Sequence record: SRR20825019_2795
Length of the DNA stretch: 52,334 bases
Strand: one strand, 5' to 3'
Shown here: one piece after another, positions 26,573-36,490 of the stretch
Position numbering within the stretch: position 1 is the stretch's first letter
Layout: each line of letters starts with the position of its first letter
The notes under the pieces: generated by a model
Seen by the model: only the letters and a program-made list of their open reading frames with translations
Told to the model about the DNA's origin: nothing
The model's database searches: none
Made by a program: the position numbers and the translations under genes

Positions 26573-27871
26573 TTAGCTTTTCATTAACTGTGACTTGGGG
26601 AAATGGACGCTGACTTCGGTACCGGCCCCGAGTTCACTGGTAATTCTGAGGTGCCAGTTATAACGATTACATAAACGCTTAACGATTGTCATACCCAGTC
26701 CATAGCCATTGTTGCTCGCTGAATCGGCGCGATAGAACGGTTTAAACACTTGCTTAACCTGTTCCGAGTCCATACCAACGCCAGAATCTTTGACGGAAAA
26801 GCCCTGCGGCCAGATTTTGATAAAGATCGCGCCCTTCGGCGTGTAATTGAAAGCATTGCGAAGCAGGTTACCAATCAGAATCTTGAGTACCCGCTCCGGT
26901 GCATTGAGCATCAGGCTGGTTTGCTCATCCACCTCTACACTGATGGCTTTGTCCTGAAACAACAACTTGAGTGTATCGATTTCATCATTTATCAAATCAT
27001 TCACTTCAACCTGACTGATGGGCAGCGTATCTTCCTGCTCACGGGCCAGGATAAGCAGGGTCTCAATCAAAGCCTCCATATCATAGAGCGTGCGGTAGAT
27101 GCGGCGAATGGTCTTGTCGTCTTCAACACCGTAGCGGCGCTCAAGCAGCTCCATCGCACTTCTTAACACCGCGATGGGGGTACGGAGTTCATGGCTGGCA
27201 TCACGGGTAAACAGACGTTCACGCTCGATGAAGTGCTCCAGCCGATGAGTAAACTGATCTAAAGCACGAACCAGGCTGCTCACCTCTTCGTCTGGCATTT
27301 TGCGTAATTCTTCCAGGTCAAGATCAGGCAGATTCCCTTCCCGGATTTCCGCTTCCTCAACCGCTTTGGCCAGTTTGACTATCGGCGATACGGCCTTGTG
27401 TGACTGACGGTAGGTTAACCAGGCCAGCAAATAAAGCGTCACCAGTACTGCCGCCAGCGGCAGAATACCGAAAACCAGTGCCAGTCTGGAGACTTTGACT
27501 TCGTCAAAAACCAGATAAAGCCTGTCATTATTGCGATCTTCGACATAGACAATCGGCTCATCGCCTTCAAAATTAGCCCGTTGCAGACCCGGTGTCAGGC
27601 CCCGCAAAGCCATTGGCACATTGGACATATCATTATCCGGCGCCAGAAAGGCAATCAGGTTCAGCGTATTGGGCAGCGGAAAATCAGGCTGCTTTTCCCG
27701 TAATGTCCAGAAATGTTGGGCTTCACCTTCCAGCGCCTCACGCACCAGAATATCCTCAACCGTGGTTTTTGCAGCATAAATACCGGCAACGGTGACGATA
27801 CTGATTAACAAAATCTGTATCAGGAAAGCCCTGACCAGCTTTGCCTGCAGGTTGGTTCTCGGTTTAGCCAT
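26573..27871 (-). CDS. Sensor histidine kinase, ColS-like
   Basis: 2 TM, short periplasmic loop, HAMP, ERERLFTRDASHELRTP, NLLRNAFNYT, GLG. Confidence 0.9.
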   Translation of the reverse strand: MAKPRTNLQAKLVRAFLIQILLISIVTVAGIYAAKTTVEDILVREALEGEAQHFWTLREKQPDFPLPNTLNLIAFLAPDNDMSNVPMALRGLTPGLQRANFEGDEPIVYVEDRNNDRLYLVFDEVKVSRLALVFGILPLAAVLVTLYLLAWLTYRQSHKAVSPIVKLAKAVEEAEIREGNLPDLDLEELRKMPDEEVSSLVRALDQFTHRLEHFIERERLFTRDASHELRTPIAVLRSAMELLERRYGVEDDKTIRRIYRTLYDMEALIETLLILAREQEDTLPISQVEVNDLINDEIDTLKLLFQDKAISVEVDEQTSLMLNAPERVLKILIGNLLRNAFNYTPKGAIFIKIWPQGFSVKDSGVGMDSEQVKQVFKPFYRADSASNNGYGLGMTIVKRLCNRYNWHLRITSELGAGTEVSVHFPKSQLMKS

Positions 27872-28908
27872 TAATCCGCCGCTTTTTTACTGAACAGGTA
27901 GTGACCGACCAGCCACTCGGTGCCATCACGATAACCGAATAATTCGGCACATGCCATGAAGAACAAGCGCCAGCGTTGCCACCATATTTTGGCCTGATCC
28001 ATGCCATAAGTGTGTTCAAACAAGCGGAGAATCTCAGTCTGGTGTTCATCGCTATTGTCCAGCCAGGCTTCGGCGGTACGCTGATAATGTTTGCCATTGA
28101 CCAGCCATTGCTGCTCAATTTGCAGTTTCTGCTGGAAATGCAGCAGGGTGTCTGCCGACGGCATCAACCCGCCGGTAAAGAAATAACGCCCCATCCAGTT
28201 ATCATCGCCTTCCGTTTCAAACGGATAAACGACACTGCGGTGGCAGAAGATATGAACAAACAGCTTGCCGTCATCTCTGAGCCAACGACCTATCGTATCG
28301 AACAGGCGTTGATAATTACGCATGTGTTCAAACATCTCCACTGAAACAATCCGATCAAACTGCTCATCCAGTGAGAGCTCATTGACATCACAGGTGATAA
28401 CCCGGACGTTACTGAGTCCCCGTTCCCGCAGGCGTCTCTCAATGAAACGCCGCTGCGAACTGGAGTTGGAAACCGCCGTAATACGCGCATAGGGCAGATG
28501 CTCCGCCATGTGCAGTGTTAATGACCCCCAGCCGCAGCCCAATTCCAGAATATGCTGGCCATTTTCCAGTTCTGCCCGCTGCAGATATAAATCCAGCATC
28601 GCCCGCTCAGCGTCATCCAGTGTCAGACAGTCGTTATTCCACAAGCAGCCGCTATATTTGAGATGTTTACCCAGTACCAACTCATAGAAGGCTGCCGGCA
28701 CTTCATAATGCTGCTCATTGGCGGCATCTGTCTCGATCGCAATCGGACTACTGCGCAGCATCTCAATGCAGCTTTGCTTGCGCAGACTGGCCTGCTCGGG
28801 ATCAAAGGCCATTTCATCCTGTAAGCGTTTTTTCAGTAGCTGGCGAATGCCGACTCGAATGACTGAATCGGGCACCATTTTTTTCTCTGCGAATTCAATC
28901 AGTCGCAT
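27871..28908 (-). CDS. SAM-dependent methyltransferase, CFA-synthase/coclaurine N-methyltransferase-like
   Basis: ANEQHYEVP, LG.HLKYS, LELGCGWGSL, EMFEHMRNY, WMGRYFFTGG. Start ATG at 28908 with GGAG RBS. Confidence 0.9.
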   Translation of the reverse strand: MRLIEFAEKKMVPDSVIRVGIRQLLKKRLQDEMAFDPEQASLRKQSCIEMLRSSPIAIETDAANEQHYEVPAAFYELVLGKHLKYSGCLWNNDCLTLDDAERAMLDLYLQRAELENGQHILELGCGWGSLTLHMAEHLPYARITAVSNSSSQRRFIERRLRERGLSNVRVITCDVNELSLDEQFDRIVSVEMFEHMRNYQRLFDTIGRWLRDDGKLFVHIFCHRSVVYPFETEGDDNWMGRYFFTGGLMPSADTLLHFQQKLQIEQQWLVNGKHYQRTAEAWLDNSDEHQTEILRLFEHTYGMDQAKIWWQRWRLFFMACAELFGYRDGTEWLVGHYLFSKKAAD

Positions 28909-29665
28909 GTTTCTTTCTCCAGGGAATAAAGGCACTGGTGGTCTGCTGATACCGACGATAGGCATCTCCGCGACTGCGGATGGCCTGTTGCTCGGTATAG
29001 GGAATGCCGGTAATAAAATAAAGAAATGCCAGCATCACCATGGGGGCCAGCCAAAGCCAGCTACCACCGGCAATACCCATCGCCATCAGTGGATAGCAAA
29101 ACCAGTGCAGCCATTCAAAAAAGTAATTGGGATGACGCGAGTAATACCAGAGTCCGTCTTCGCAGACTTTGCCCTTGTTAGCCGGCTTGCTGCGAAACTG
29201 TTGTAACTGCCGATCGGCCAGTGTCACACCGCTGATGGCAACCAATGCCAGCAATAACGCCAGAATGATAGTGGCCGTGTTATGGCTCTGTGCCTGACTC
29301 AGCCACCAGACCGGCAGCGTGAAAACAAACGCCAGCAAAGCCTGAAACTGAAAAAAGAAAAAATGATTACGATGTGTCTTCGTTCCCCAGTATTGACGCA
29401 AGTAGGCGTAACGGCCGTCCTCCGCTTCAGAAAACACCCGACCACTCAGATGCCAGAACAGCCGCAGATACCAGAGACTCATCAGACCACCGGCGACAAG
29501 TCTTAATAGCCAGTCACCGTCAGCGAGCACGGCATAATAAACCGGCAGAAAAGACATTAGTCCTGCCCACAATACATCCACCACACCGGCATTACAGCTT
29601 TTACCTTCATACAACCAGCCCAGAAACATAACCAGTGAGGCGATAAGCAAGCTACACCAGAGCAT
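28895..29665 (-). CDS. DUF1295 (steroid 5-alpha reductase-like) membrane protein
   Basis: VDVLW, EDGRY, AD.QL..F, GLW.YSRHPNYFFEW, Y..YQ.TTS.FIPW. Start ATG at 29665. Confidence 0.9.
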   Translation of the reverse strand: MLWCSLLIASLVMFLGWLYEGKSCNAGVVDVLWAGLMSFLPVYYAVLADGDWLLRLVAGGLMSLWYLRLFWHLSGRVFSEAEDGRYAYLRQYWGTKTHRNHFFFFQFQALLAFVFTLPVWWLSQAQSHNTATIILALLLALVAISGVTLADRQLQQFRSKPANKGKVCEDGLWYYSRHPNYFFEWLHWFCYPLMAMGIAGGSWLWLAPMVMLAFLYFITGIPYTEQQAIRSRGDAYRRYQQTTSAFIPWRKKHATD

Positions 29666-30185
29666 GGTTGCCCTCCTCTTCCTGTTGATGCCAGAGTCTG
29701 GCAAGACACATTAGCATTGGTACCAGCAGCGCCCAGCTGAGGGATAAAGCCAGCACCGATATACCGGGTTCAAGGAATGTCACCGCGCCCAGTTTACTGC
29801 CTGCCAGATAAGATAAAGGAGCAGCAAAAACCGTCATTATGGCTAGCATCTTGAGCCGGGACTGCAGCCAGCTCAGAGAATGGTTCAAAGTCAGCATAAA
29901 GTTGACCCAGAGACAGCCGATCCACCACGGTGCCAGCCCCCCCAGTTGGCCATCGGCATAGGCAATCCAGCCCAGATTGAGCCAGATAGTATCGAGCATC
30001 ATGCCGGACAGCAGCCCGAGTCCAATCAATTTGATATCGGTCAGTCTCCAGCGGCTGAAATAGACCTGGATGAGCGCAAATGTCGCGGTTGCCAGCAGGG
30101 CATAAGTCAGTTTGTCATTGGCCGCGGCCAGGATGACAATCAGCCAGACCAACTGGAAGGCAATGAAATTCAGTACATTACGCAT
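29652..30185 (-). CDS. DUF2878 membrane protein
   Basis: N.I.FQLVW, P.W...LW..F..TLNHSL.WL, APLSY.AG..LGAV. Start ATG at 30185. Confidence 0.85.
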   Translation of the reverse strand: MRNVLNFIAFQLVWLIVILAAANDKLTYALLATATFALIQVYFSRWRLTDIKLIGLGLLSGMMLDTIWLNLGWIAYADGQLGGLAPWWIGCLWVNFMLTLNHSLSWLQSRLKMLAIMTVFAAPLSYLAGSKLGAVTFLEPGISVLALSLSWALLVPMLMCLARLWHQQEEEGNHALV

Positions 30186-31446
30186 ACTGTGGCAACCATT
30201 GTTCGCTTCTGTTATCCGGCTTGCTGAAAAGCAGATGGACGTCACTGATACTGCGCTCAATAAAGCCGCCTTCGCAGTAGCAAAGATAAAACTCCCACAT
30301 CCGGATAAATCGCTCGTCATAGCCGAGCCGCTTCACCTCATCCAGTTGCGCCATAAACCGTTCACGCCAGGCTCTTAAGGTTGTCGCATAACTGGGGCCG
30401 ATATCTTCCAGATTGGTCAGTTTCAGTTCAGCTTTTGCAGCAGCATCGACTAGCACGCTGACGCAGGGAATAAAACTACCCGGAAAGATATAACGTTTAA
30501 TAAAGTCCACCGATTTGAGCGCCTGCAGGTAGCGATGATCTTCCAGCGTAATAGCCTGAATAATTGCCAAACCTTCAGGTTTCAGCAGTTCACTGCAGCG
30601 CCGGAAATAATCATCGATAAAGTGATGACCGACTGCCTCGACCATCTCTATCGAAATCAGCTTGTCATACTGACCGTTAAGATCGCGATAGTCTTTCAGC
30701 AATACCGTGACTTTATCCTGCAGATCAAGCGCTTGCACCCGTTTAACCGCATACTCATACTGCTCACGGGAAATCGTCGTTGTGGTCACGCGACAGCCGT
30801 AGTGCAGTGCGGCAAATACCGCGCAGCCCCCCCAGCCGGTGCCGATTTCCAGCAAGTGATCATCAGGTTGCAGATCCAGTTTGTCGCATAAACGACCCAA
30901 CTTGTTGAACTGAGCCCGCTCCAGGCTCTCGCCATCCTGATAATAGAGCCCGGCTGAGTACATCATGAAATCACGATCCAGAAACAACTCAAATAATTCA
31001 TTGCCCAGATCATAATGCGCTGCAATATTTTTTCGACTGCCATCCCGGGTATTACGACGCAGCCAGTGGACACCCTGCAACAGCCAGCCGGTGATTCTTG
31101 CCAACCCCTTTTCCATACCGTCTACCAGATCACGATTGCGGACCAGCAGACGGACCAGCGCCGTTAAATTATCACTGTGCCACTCTCCCGCCATGTACGA
31201 TTCAGCCGCGCCGACCGAACCGCCGAAAATGACTGCTTCAAAAAAATGCGGGTCATTGACCACCAGCTTGACCTTGAGCGGATCCCCTGCTTCTCCCAGA
31301 ATGAGCGGTTCATTGTCCCCAATATGCAGAAGCAGACAGCCTTTTTTAATAGCCCCGAGCTGTTTCAGTAGCAGTTGCATGCATAGATTCTGGAACTGTG
31401 ACAGTTTGAGTCGCTCGCAGCTGGCGGTCGAAACAGGCATATTCAT
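30178..31446 (-). CDS. CFA-synthase family SAM-dependent fatty-acyl methyltransferase (UfaM/CfaS-like)
   Basis: [59 protein letters not shown]. Confidence 0.9.
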   Translation of the reverse strand: MNMPVSTASCERLKLSQFQNLCMQLLLKQLGAIKKGCLLLHIGDNEPLILGEAGDPLKVKLVVNDPHFFEAVIFGGSVGAAESYMAGEWHSDNLTALVRLLVRNRDLVDGMEKGLARITGWLLQGVHWLRRNTRDGSRKNIAAHYDLGNELFELFLDRDFMMYSAGLYYQDGESLERAQFNKLGRLCDKLDLQPDDHLLEIGTGWGGCAVFAALHYGCRVTTTTISREQYEYAVKRVQALDLQDKVTVLLKDYRDLNGQYDKLISIEMVEAVGHHFIDDYFRRCSELLKPEGLAIIQAITLEDHRYLQALKSVDFIKRYIFPGSFIPCVSVLVDAAAKAELKLTNLEDIGPSYATTLRAWRERFMAQLDEVKRLGYDERFIRMWEFYLCYCEGGFIERSISDVHLLFSKPDNRSEQWLPQYA

Positions 31447-32240
31447 TGGCTGTCCTCACGATGGGTGTTGTTTGTGGATAAAGCCTTCGGATCCTTGCTG
31501 TCCGGGTGACCGTAAAAAGGAACCCGTTTGAGCCAGAGTTTGAGCGCCTGCCAGTAGATTCGTGAAACAACACGCAGAGTCTGTAGGGGGTAGCGCCATG
31601 GTAAAGAAGCCATGCGAGCGTGGGTCAAGGCTGAAGGCTCAAGGGTCATCTCAGCGCTGAATTGTTTTTTATCGTCCTGATACAACTGCATATCTACCTG
31701 CAGCGACTCAGCTTCAAAGCGGAAATCCCACTTGTACTGCATCTCCATCGGCATAAAAGGGGAGATATGAAAGCATTTATCGAATTCGGCATGAATTGTA
31801 TGCGTATCACCCGCATCGGCCTTGAGCAGATAACAGTGGCGCTGATTCCAGGGTGTGTTGTTAATCTCCGCCAGCACATATGCCAGCCGTCCCTGCTCAT
31901 CGATACAGAAATAGAAACTCACCGGGTTGAATACAAAGCCCAGGTAACGTGGATGCGTCAATAGATAGACCTTGCCGCTGAAGCGCTCGCCCAGCTGTTG
32001 ATTAATCTTAGCTATCACGGCGGATTTCAGTGCCATATCACTGGGTCCCAAATAATCCCGGCGATAAAAACTGATCAGGTTGAAGTGTTCCAGTGACCAC
32101 CAACGGTTGTGGGAAAAAGTCTGTTCCAGCTGGTCGATATCAAACATCACCATCGCCAGCGGGTAGCTGAAATGGTGTGGGATCGGCTGCATTCTGTGAT
32201 GCACCACCCTGCCTTGATACAGCGCCGGTTCAAAATTCAT
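31443..32240 (-). CDS. DUF1365 family protein (UfaO-like)
   Basis: [47 protein letters not shown]. Confidence 0.92.
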   Translation of the reverse strand: MNFEPALYQGRVVHHRMQPIPHHFSYPLAMVMFDIDQLEQTFSHNRWWSLEHFNLISFYRRDYLGPSDMALKSAVIAKINQQLGERFSGKVYLLTHPRYLGFVFNPVSFYFCIDEQGRLAYVLAEINNTPWNQRHCYLLKADAGDTHTIHAEFDKCFHISPFMPMEMQYKWDFRFEAESLQVDMQLYQDDKKQFSAEMTLEPSALTHARMASLPWRYPLQTLRVVSRIYWQALKLWLKRVPFYGHPDSKDPKALSTNNTHREDSQ

Positions 32241-33484
32241 ACCGCACTCCTTAGCTGGTCTACCACCCGCAGGGCACTACTAACACCATCTTCATGGAAG
32301 CCCCAGCCCCAATAGGCACCACAGTAATAGCTGTGCTGTTTGCCGGAAATATCGGCCCAGCGCTGCTGCGCTGCCAGCGTTTGCTCCGTATACACTGGAT
32401 GGGCATAACGACGCTCAACAAAAACTTTATGCGGATCCACGCGATCGGCACTGTTGAGGGACACGATAAATTCAATCGGCGCGTTGAGGTTTTGCAGCGT
32501 GTTCATGTGATAAGAAACCGTGCAACGCTCAGCCGATTCCTCAGCGATATGCACATTCCAGCTGGCCCAGGCTTGAGGATTGGCAGGCAGCACGGATTCA
32601 TCAGCATGTAATTGCATGAGATTGTGCTGATAATGAATACCGCCCAGCACATCGGTTTCCGCCGAGCTCGGATCCGCTAATAACTTCAGCGCCTGGTCAG
32701 AGTGACAGGCAAACACCACCGCATCAAATGGCAAAGATTCGCCACCAACAGATAAGGTCACACCGTTGTAGACACGTCTTACTGACTCGACCGGTGTCGA
32801 AGTATAAACCTTACCGGGAAAACGGTTCAGCAAGGCTTCAACATACTGTCTCGAGCCGCCCTTCACCACGCGCCATTCCGGCCGCTGAGTCAAAGAGAGC
32901 ATTTTGTGGTTACTCATAAATGCCACCAGATATCGCACCGGCATGTTTATCAGACTGTCGCCGGGACCGGACCAGAGCGCACAGGCCATGGGCAGCAGAT
33001 GGTCGTTGATGAAAATATCACTGTAACCATGCGTGTTCAGATACTCTCCCAGGGTCTGTCGATTATCAGCTTCATCCAGGACAGACGGTGCCTCGCGGTA
33101 AAAGCGCAGCAGATCAGCAAGCATCCGATAAAACCGCGGGTTAAGCAGGTTTTTTCGCTGGCAGAACAGTTTGTTAAGACTGGTCGCGTTATATTCCAGC
33201 CCCGAGCTGCTGTTGTGCACACTGAAACTCATCTCAGTCGCTTCAGACTCAACGCCCAGCCCTTCCAGCAACTCACAGAAATGAGGATAGTTCATACGGT
33301 TGAATACGATGAAACCGCTGTCGATTGACCAATGTTTGCCCAGCACATCGATCTGGTGGGTATCAGTATGTCCGCCGATATAATCATTGGCTTCAAATAC
33401 AGTCACCTCAGCCTGCCCATCACTGGCAAGATACCAGGCAGCGGTTAATCCGGAGATGCCCGCGCCGACCACAGCAACTTTCAT
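32237..33484 (-). CDS. FAD-dependent oxidoreductase (amine oxidase family, UfaD-like)
   Basis: [23 protein letters not shown]...[22 protein letters not shown]. Confidence 0.92.
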   Translation of the reverse strand: MKVAVVGAGISGLTAAWYLASDGQAEVTVFEANDYIGGHTDTHQIDVLGKHWSIDSGFIVFNRMNYPHFCELLEGLGVESEATEMSFSVHNSSSGLEYNATSLNKLFCQRKNLLNPRFYRMLADLLRFYREAPSVLDEADNRQTLGEYLNTHGYSDIFINDHLLPMACALWSGPGDSLINMPVRYLVAFMSNHKMLSLTQRPEWRVVKGGSRQYVEALLNRFPGKVYTSTPVESVRRVYNGVTLSVGGESLPFDAVVFACHSDQALKLLADPSSAETDVLGGIHYQHNLMQLHADESVLPANPQAWASWNVHIAEESAERCTVSYHMNTLQNLNAPIEFIVSLNSADRVDPHKVFVERRYAHPVYTEQTLAAQQRWADISGKQHSYYCGAYWGWGFHEDGVSSALRVVDQLRSAV

Positions 33485-34404
33485 TGAGCCGTCTCCCTGC
33501 TGATTGAGTGTGCATCACGTTTTTCTTTTGCAATACTGCGCACATCCCAGATCAATCCCGCTTTTTCCAAACACCAGAGCAAGTAAAAACTGATATCGAT
33601 TTCCCACCAGTAAAATCCCTGCCTGGCTGACGCGGCATGGTAATGATGATTGTTATGCCAGCCCTCGCCCAGCGTCAGCAGGGCCAGCCAGAAGTTATTA
33701 CGGCTGTCATCCCGGGTTGGATAACGTCGGCTCCCGACCCGATGTGCCAGCGAGTTGATCAGTAAGGTGGCATGGATCAGAACCACAGTGGAAATAAAAT
33801 AGCCCCAGACGACTAATTGCCAGCCACTGGTATTTAACGCTGGCTGCCAGGCTGCCAGAACTTCACCTGTGACATAGAGCAGAACAGCGAGCAAAACCGG
33901 TACGACAATATCGTAACGGTCAAGCCAGCGCAGCTCTGGAAAACGCAGCAATTCCGGGACCAGGCTGAGATCAGCTTTGAAATATTTTCTGCTTAGAAAC
34001 CAGCCCATATGGCTCCAGATAAAACCCTGTCTGGGTGAATGCGGATCGTTGTTTTTATCAGCATGGCGGTGATGTTGACGATGATGAGCAGCCCACCACA
34101 ATGGACCACGCTGTGTGGCGCTGGCACCGATCAGGGCAAACAGGAACTGTAACCAGCGAGAGGTTTTAAAGGACTTGTGGGCAAAATATCGATGATAAAA
34201 AGCGGTGATGGCAAACATGCGCAGCAGATATAGAGCCGCTGCTGTTGCTACTGCAAATGGGGATATTCCAACCCAGATCACAGCAAAACAACCAAGATGA
34301 AGTCCGATAAAAGGAATGATTCTCAGCCAGTCGATGCCTGCCCGGTCAGCATAATTATCCTGAGCCTGCAGATTGCTGTCGAACCAGTAACGTAACGCTC
34401 GCAT
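33481..34404 (-). CDS. Acyl-CoA/acyl-lipid delta-9-type fatty acid desaturase
   Basis: His boxes YHRYFAH, HHRQHH, GEGWHNNHH. ATG at 34404 with GAGAG RBS is preferred because GTG 34428 abuts the predicted -10. Confidence 0.92.
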   Translation of the reverse strand: MRALRYWFDSNLQAQDNYADRAGIDWLRIIPFIGLHLGCFAVIWVGISPFAVATAAALYLLRMFAITAFYHRYFAHKSFKTSRWLQFLFALIGASATQRGPLWWAAHHRQHHRHADKNNDPHSPRQGFIWSHMGWFLSRKYFKADLSLVPELLRFPELRWLDRYDIVVPVLLAVLLYVTGEVLAAWQPALNTSGWQLVVWGYFISTVVLIHATLLINSLAHRVGSRRYPTRDDSRNNFWLALLTLGEGWHNNHHYHAASARQGFYWWEIDISFYLLWCLEKAGLIWDVRSIAKEKRDAHSISRETAQ

Positions 34405-34428
34405 AGCCACTCTCAAAGTGTTTGGCAC

Positions 34429-34512
34429 AGACTAGAGCGCAAAATGTGAATTTGATGTGAAAGCAGTAATAATGCGGCTTCACCCCGATTTCACGATGAT
34501 TGGCGACACAAT
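34429..34512. promoter_or_regulatory. Two back-to-back TTCAC-N6-TTCAC boxes with -10-like elements (divergent promoters)
   Basis: Minus strand TTCAC-atcaaa-TTCAC (34461-34446) with TAGTCT 11 nt downstream; plus strand TTCAC-cccgat-TTCAC (34479-34494) with CACAAT 12 nt downstream. Confidence 0.65.
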
Positions 34513-34586
34513 TATCGTACCTGAAAAATAACCAAAGAACAGGGTAAGTTGCACACCATACAATTTTGAACTGCCGGAGACCAGTT

Positions 34587-35120
34587 ATGATTCGTACTAC
34601 CTGTTTTTTTCTTACTATGTTGCTTACACAGCACAGCCTGGCTGAGACTTTCTCAAGTCACATACAGACTGAACACGGTCAACTCGCAAAATGCAGCCAG
34701 ACTGAAATCTCAGTGATGACCTTTATAGATGTGGCTGATGCAGCACTATACAGCAGTGACTGTGCTCAACTGCCGGCCTTAACAGCCGACTTACAGCTGT
34801 CATTTATCTATCATCGTCATATTGCTGCCGAAGACTTTATTGAAGCAGCTGAAACCTTACTTGAGCGTAACTTATCCGCAGCAGAGTTCAAGCAGATCGA
34901 ACAGGAGCTGACTCAGTTCAATATGGGCTATGAATCTGTTGCTGAAGGTGACCGTTATGACATTCGTCGCAATCAGGATGGACTGTCATTGTTCAAAAAC
35001 AATCGCCTTGTCAGCCAACATGCTTCAGCCACACTGGGGCAGCGCTATTATCAAATCTGGTTTGGCGACAAACCTTTTAATAACAAGCTCAAGCAAGCAC
35101 TGCTTGAACCCGGAAGCTAG
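34587..35120 (+). CDS. Chalcone isomerase-like periplasmic (putative fatty-acid-binding) protein
   Basis: Signal peptide, FIDV..AALY, L...Y.R.I, V.EGD.Y, IWFG..P....LK..LL; GGAG RBS before ATG 34587. Confidence 0.78.
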   Translation: MIRTTCFFLTMLLTQHSLAETFSSHIQTEHGQLAKCSQTEISVMTFIDVADAALYSSDCAQLPALTADLQLSFIYHRHIAAEDFIEAAETLLERNLSAAEFKQIEQELTQFNMGYESVAEGDRYDIRRNQDGLSLFKNNRLVSQHASATLGQRYYQIWFGDKPFNNKLKQALLEPGS

Positions 35121-36484
35121 TCCAAAGATTTCTGTGAAACATAAGCACGGACAGCCTGATTGACCCGTGGAGCCAGAATCAGTGCCGCTGTCATGGTCGG
35201 GATCGCCATCAAGGCATACATCGAATCGACCAGACTGACGACCATCTGTAATGAGGCAACAGCGCCCAATACGACCAGCAAAATATAGATCCAGATATAG
35301 CGATGCTGGTATTCGGCACCGACGAGAAAGCCCAGACATTTACTGCCGTAATACCAGAATGTAAACACGGTACTCAGGCTGAGCATGGTCACGACCAGGG
35401 CCACTATCAGCGCACTACCCTGAGGAAAAAGGGCTTTAAAAGCCATGGCTGTCATGGTAATGCCATCATGATCAGTGCTCTGCCAGACCCCGCTGATCAA
35501 GATCACCAGCGCAGTACAGGTGCAGACAATCAGGGTATCAATCACCGGCCCCATCATCGCGACCATGCCCTCACGAACCGGCTCCCGGGTTTTCGCTGCG
35601 CCATGCGCCATGGCTTCAGTACCGATACCGGCTTCATTTGAAAATGCTGCACGCTGTATGCCGGTCACAATAACCGCGCCAACCACCCCGCCTGCCATCG
35701 CCTGACCGCTGAAAGCATCATGGACGATAAGTTGCAGCGCGGCGGGCACTGCCCCAGCATGGTTGAGTAGAACAGAACCGGTCAGCATCATATAAATCAC
35801 CACCATGCTGGGTACCAGTATGCCGGTGACCTGACCCAGCCGTGGCAACCGACCTAAACCAACAATCAGCACCAGCACCGCTAATAGCAGTCCCACCCCC
35901 AAATCAAAGTTGAAGTGGGCGCCGGGCTCAGTCATACCTGCCGGGATTGCAATTGTATCTCGAACCACCTGAACCAGTTGATTGACCTGAAAAATAGGCA
36001 TGGTGCCTAAAAGGCCGGCGACTGCGAAGAAATAAGCCAGTGGTCGCCAGGATTTTCCCATCCCCTCTCGTATGACATACATCGGCCCGCCCTGCCACTG
36101 GCCTTCAGTGTCACGTCCCCGATACATGACGGCCAGCGTGCAGGTGTAAAATTTGGTGGCTATCCCCACCAGCGCGCTGACCCACATCCAGAACACCGCA
36201 CCGGGTCCGCCAATCGCAATGGCAATAGCCACGCCCGACACATTGCCCATGCCTAAGGTGCCCGACAGGGCAGTGCTCAGGGACTGGAAATGAGAAAGCT
36301 GTCCGGGATCATCCTCATCCTTCTTGCGGAACAGCAAACGAAAACTTTCGCCAAGATAACGATACGGCAGAAAACGCGAGTAAAGCAGAAAGAAAAGCCC
36401 ACCGCCAACCAGTAAAATGACCAGTGGCAGGCCCCAGAGTGAGGCAGCCAGTTGTTGAAGAAAACGTTCTAACTCAGCAATCAT
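35117..36484 (-). CDS. Alanine/glycine:cation symporter family (AGCS)
   Basis: G.GN..GVA.AI.IGGPGA.FWMW, GGPMY, FSNEAG.G, IDT.IVCT.TA. Confidence 0.93.
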   Translation of the reverse strand: MIAELERFLQQLAASLWGLPLVILLVGGGLFFLLYSRFLPYRYLGESFRLLFRKKDEDDPGQLSHFQSLSTALSGTLGMGNVSGVAIAIAIGGPGAVFWMWVSALVGIATKFYTCTLAVMYRGRDTEGQWQGGPMYVIREGMGKSWRPLAYFFAVAGLLGTMPIFQVNQLVQVVRDTIAIPAGMTEPGAHFNFDLGVGLLLAVLVLIVGLGRLPRLGQVTGILVPSMVVIYMMLTGSVLLNHAGAVPAALQLIVHDAFSGQAMAGGVVGAVIVTGIQRAAFSNEAGIGTEAMAHGAAKTREPVREGMVAMMGPVIDTLIVCTCTALVILISGVWQSTDHDGITMTAMAFKALFPQGSALIVALVVTMLSLSTVFTFWYYGSKCLGFLVGAEYQHRYIWIYILLVVLGAVASLQMVVSLVDSMYALMAIPTMTAALILAPRVNQAVRAYVSQKSLD

Positions 36485-36490
36485 CCGGGT

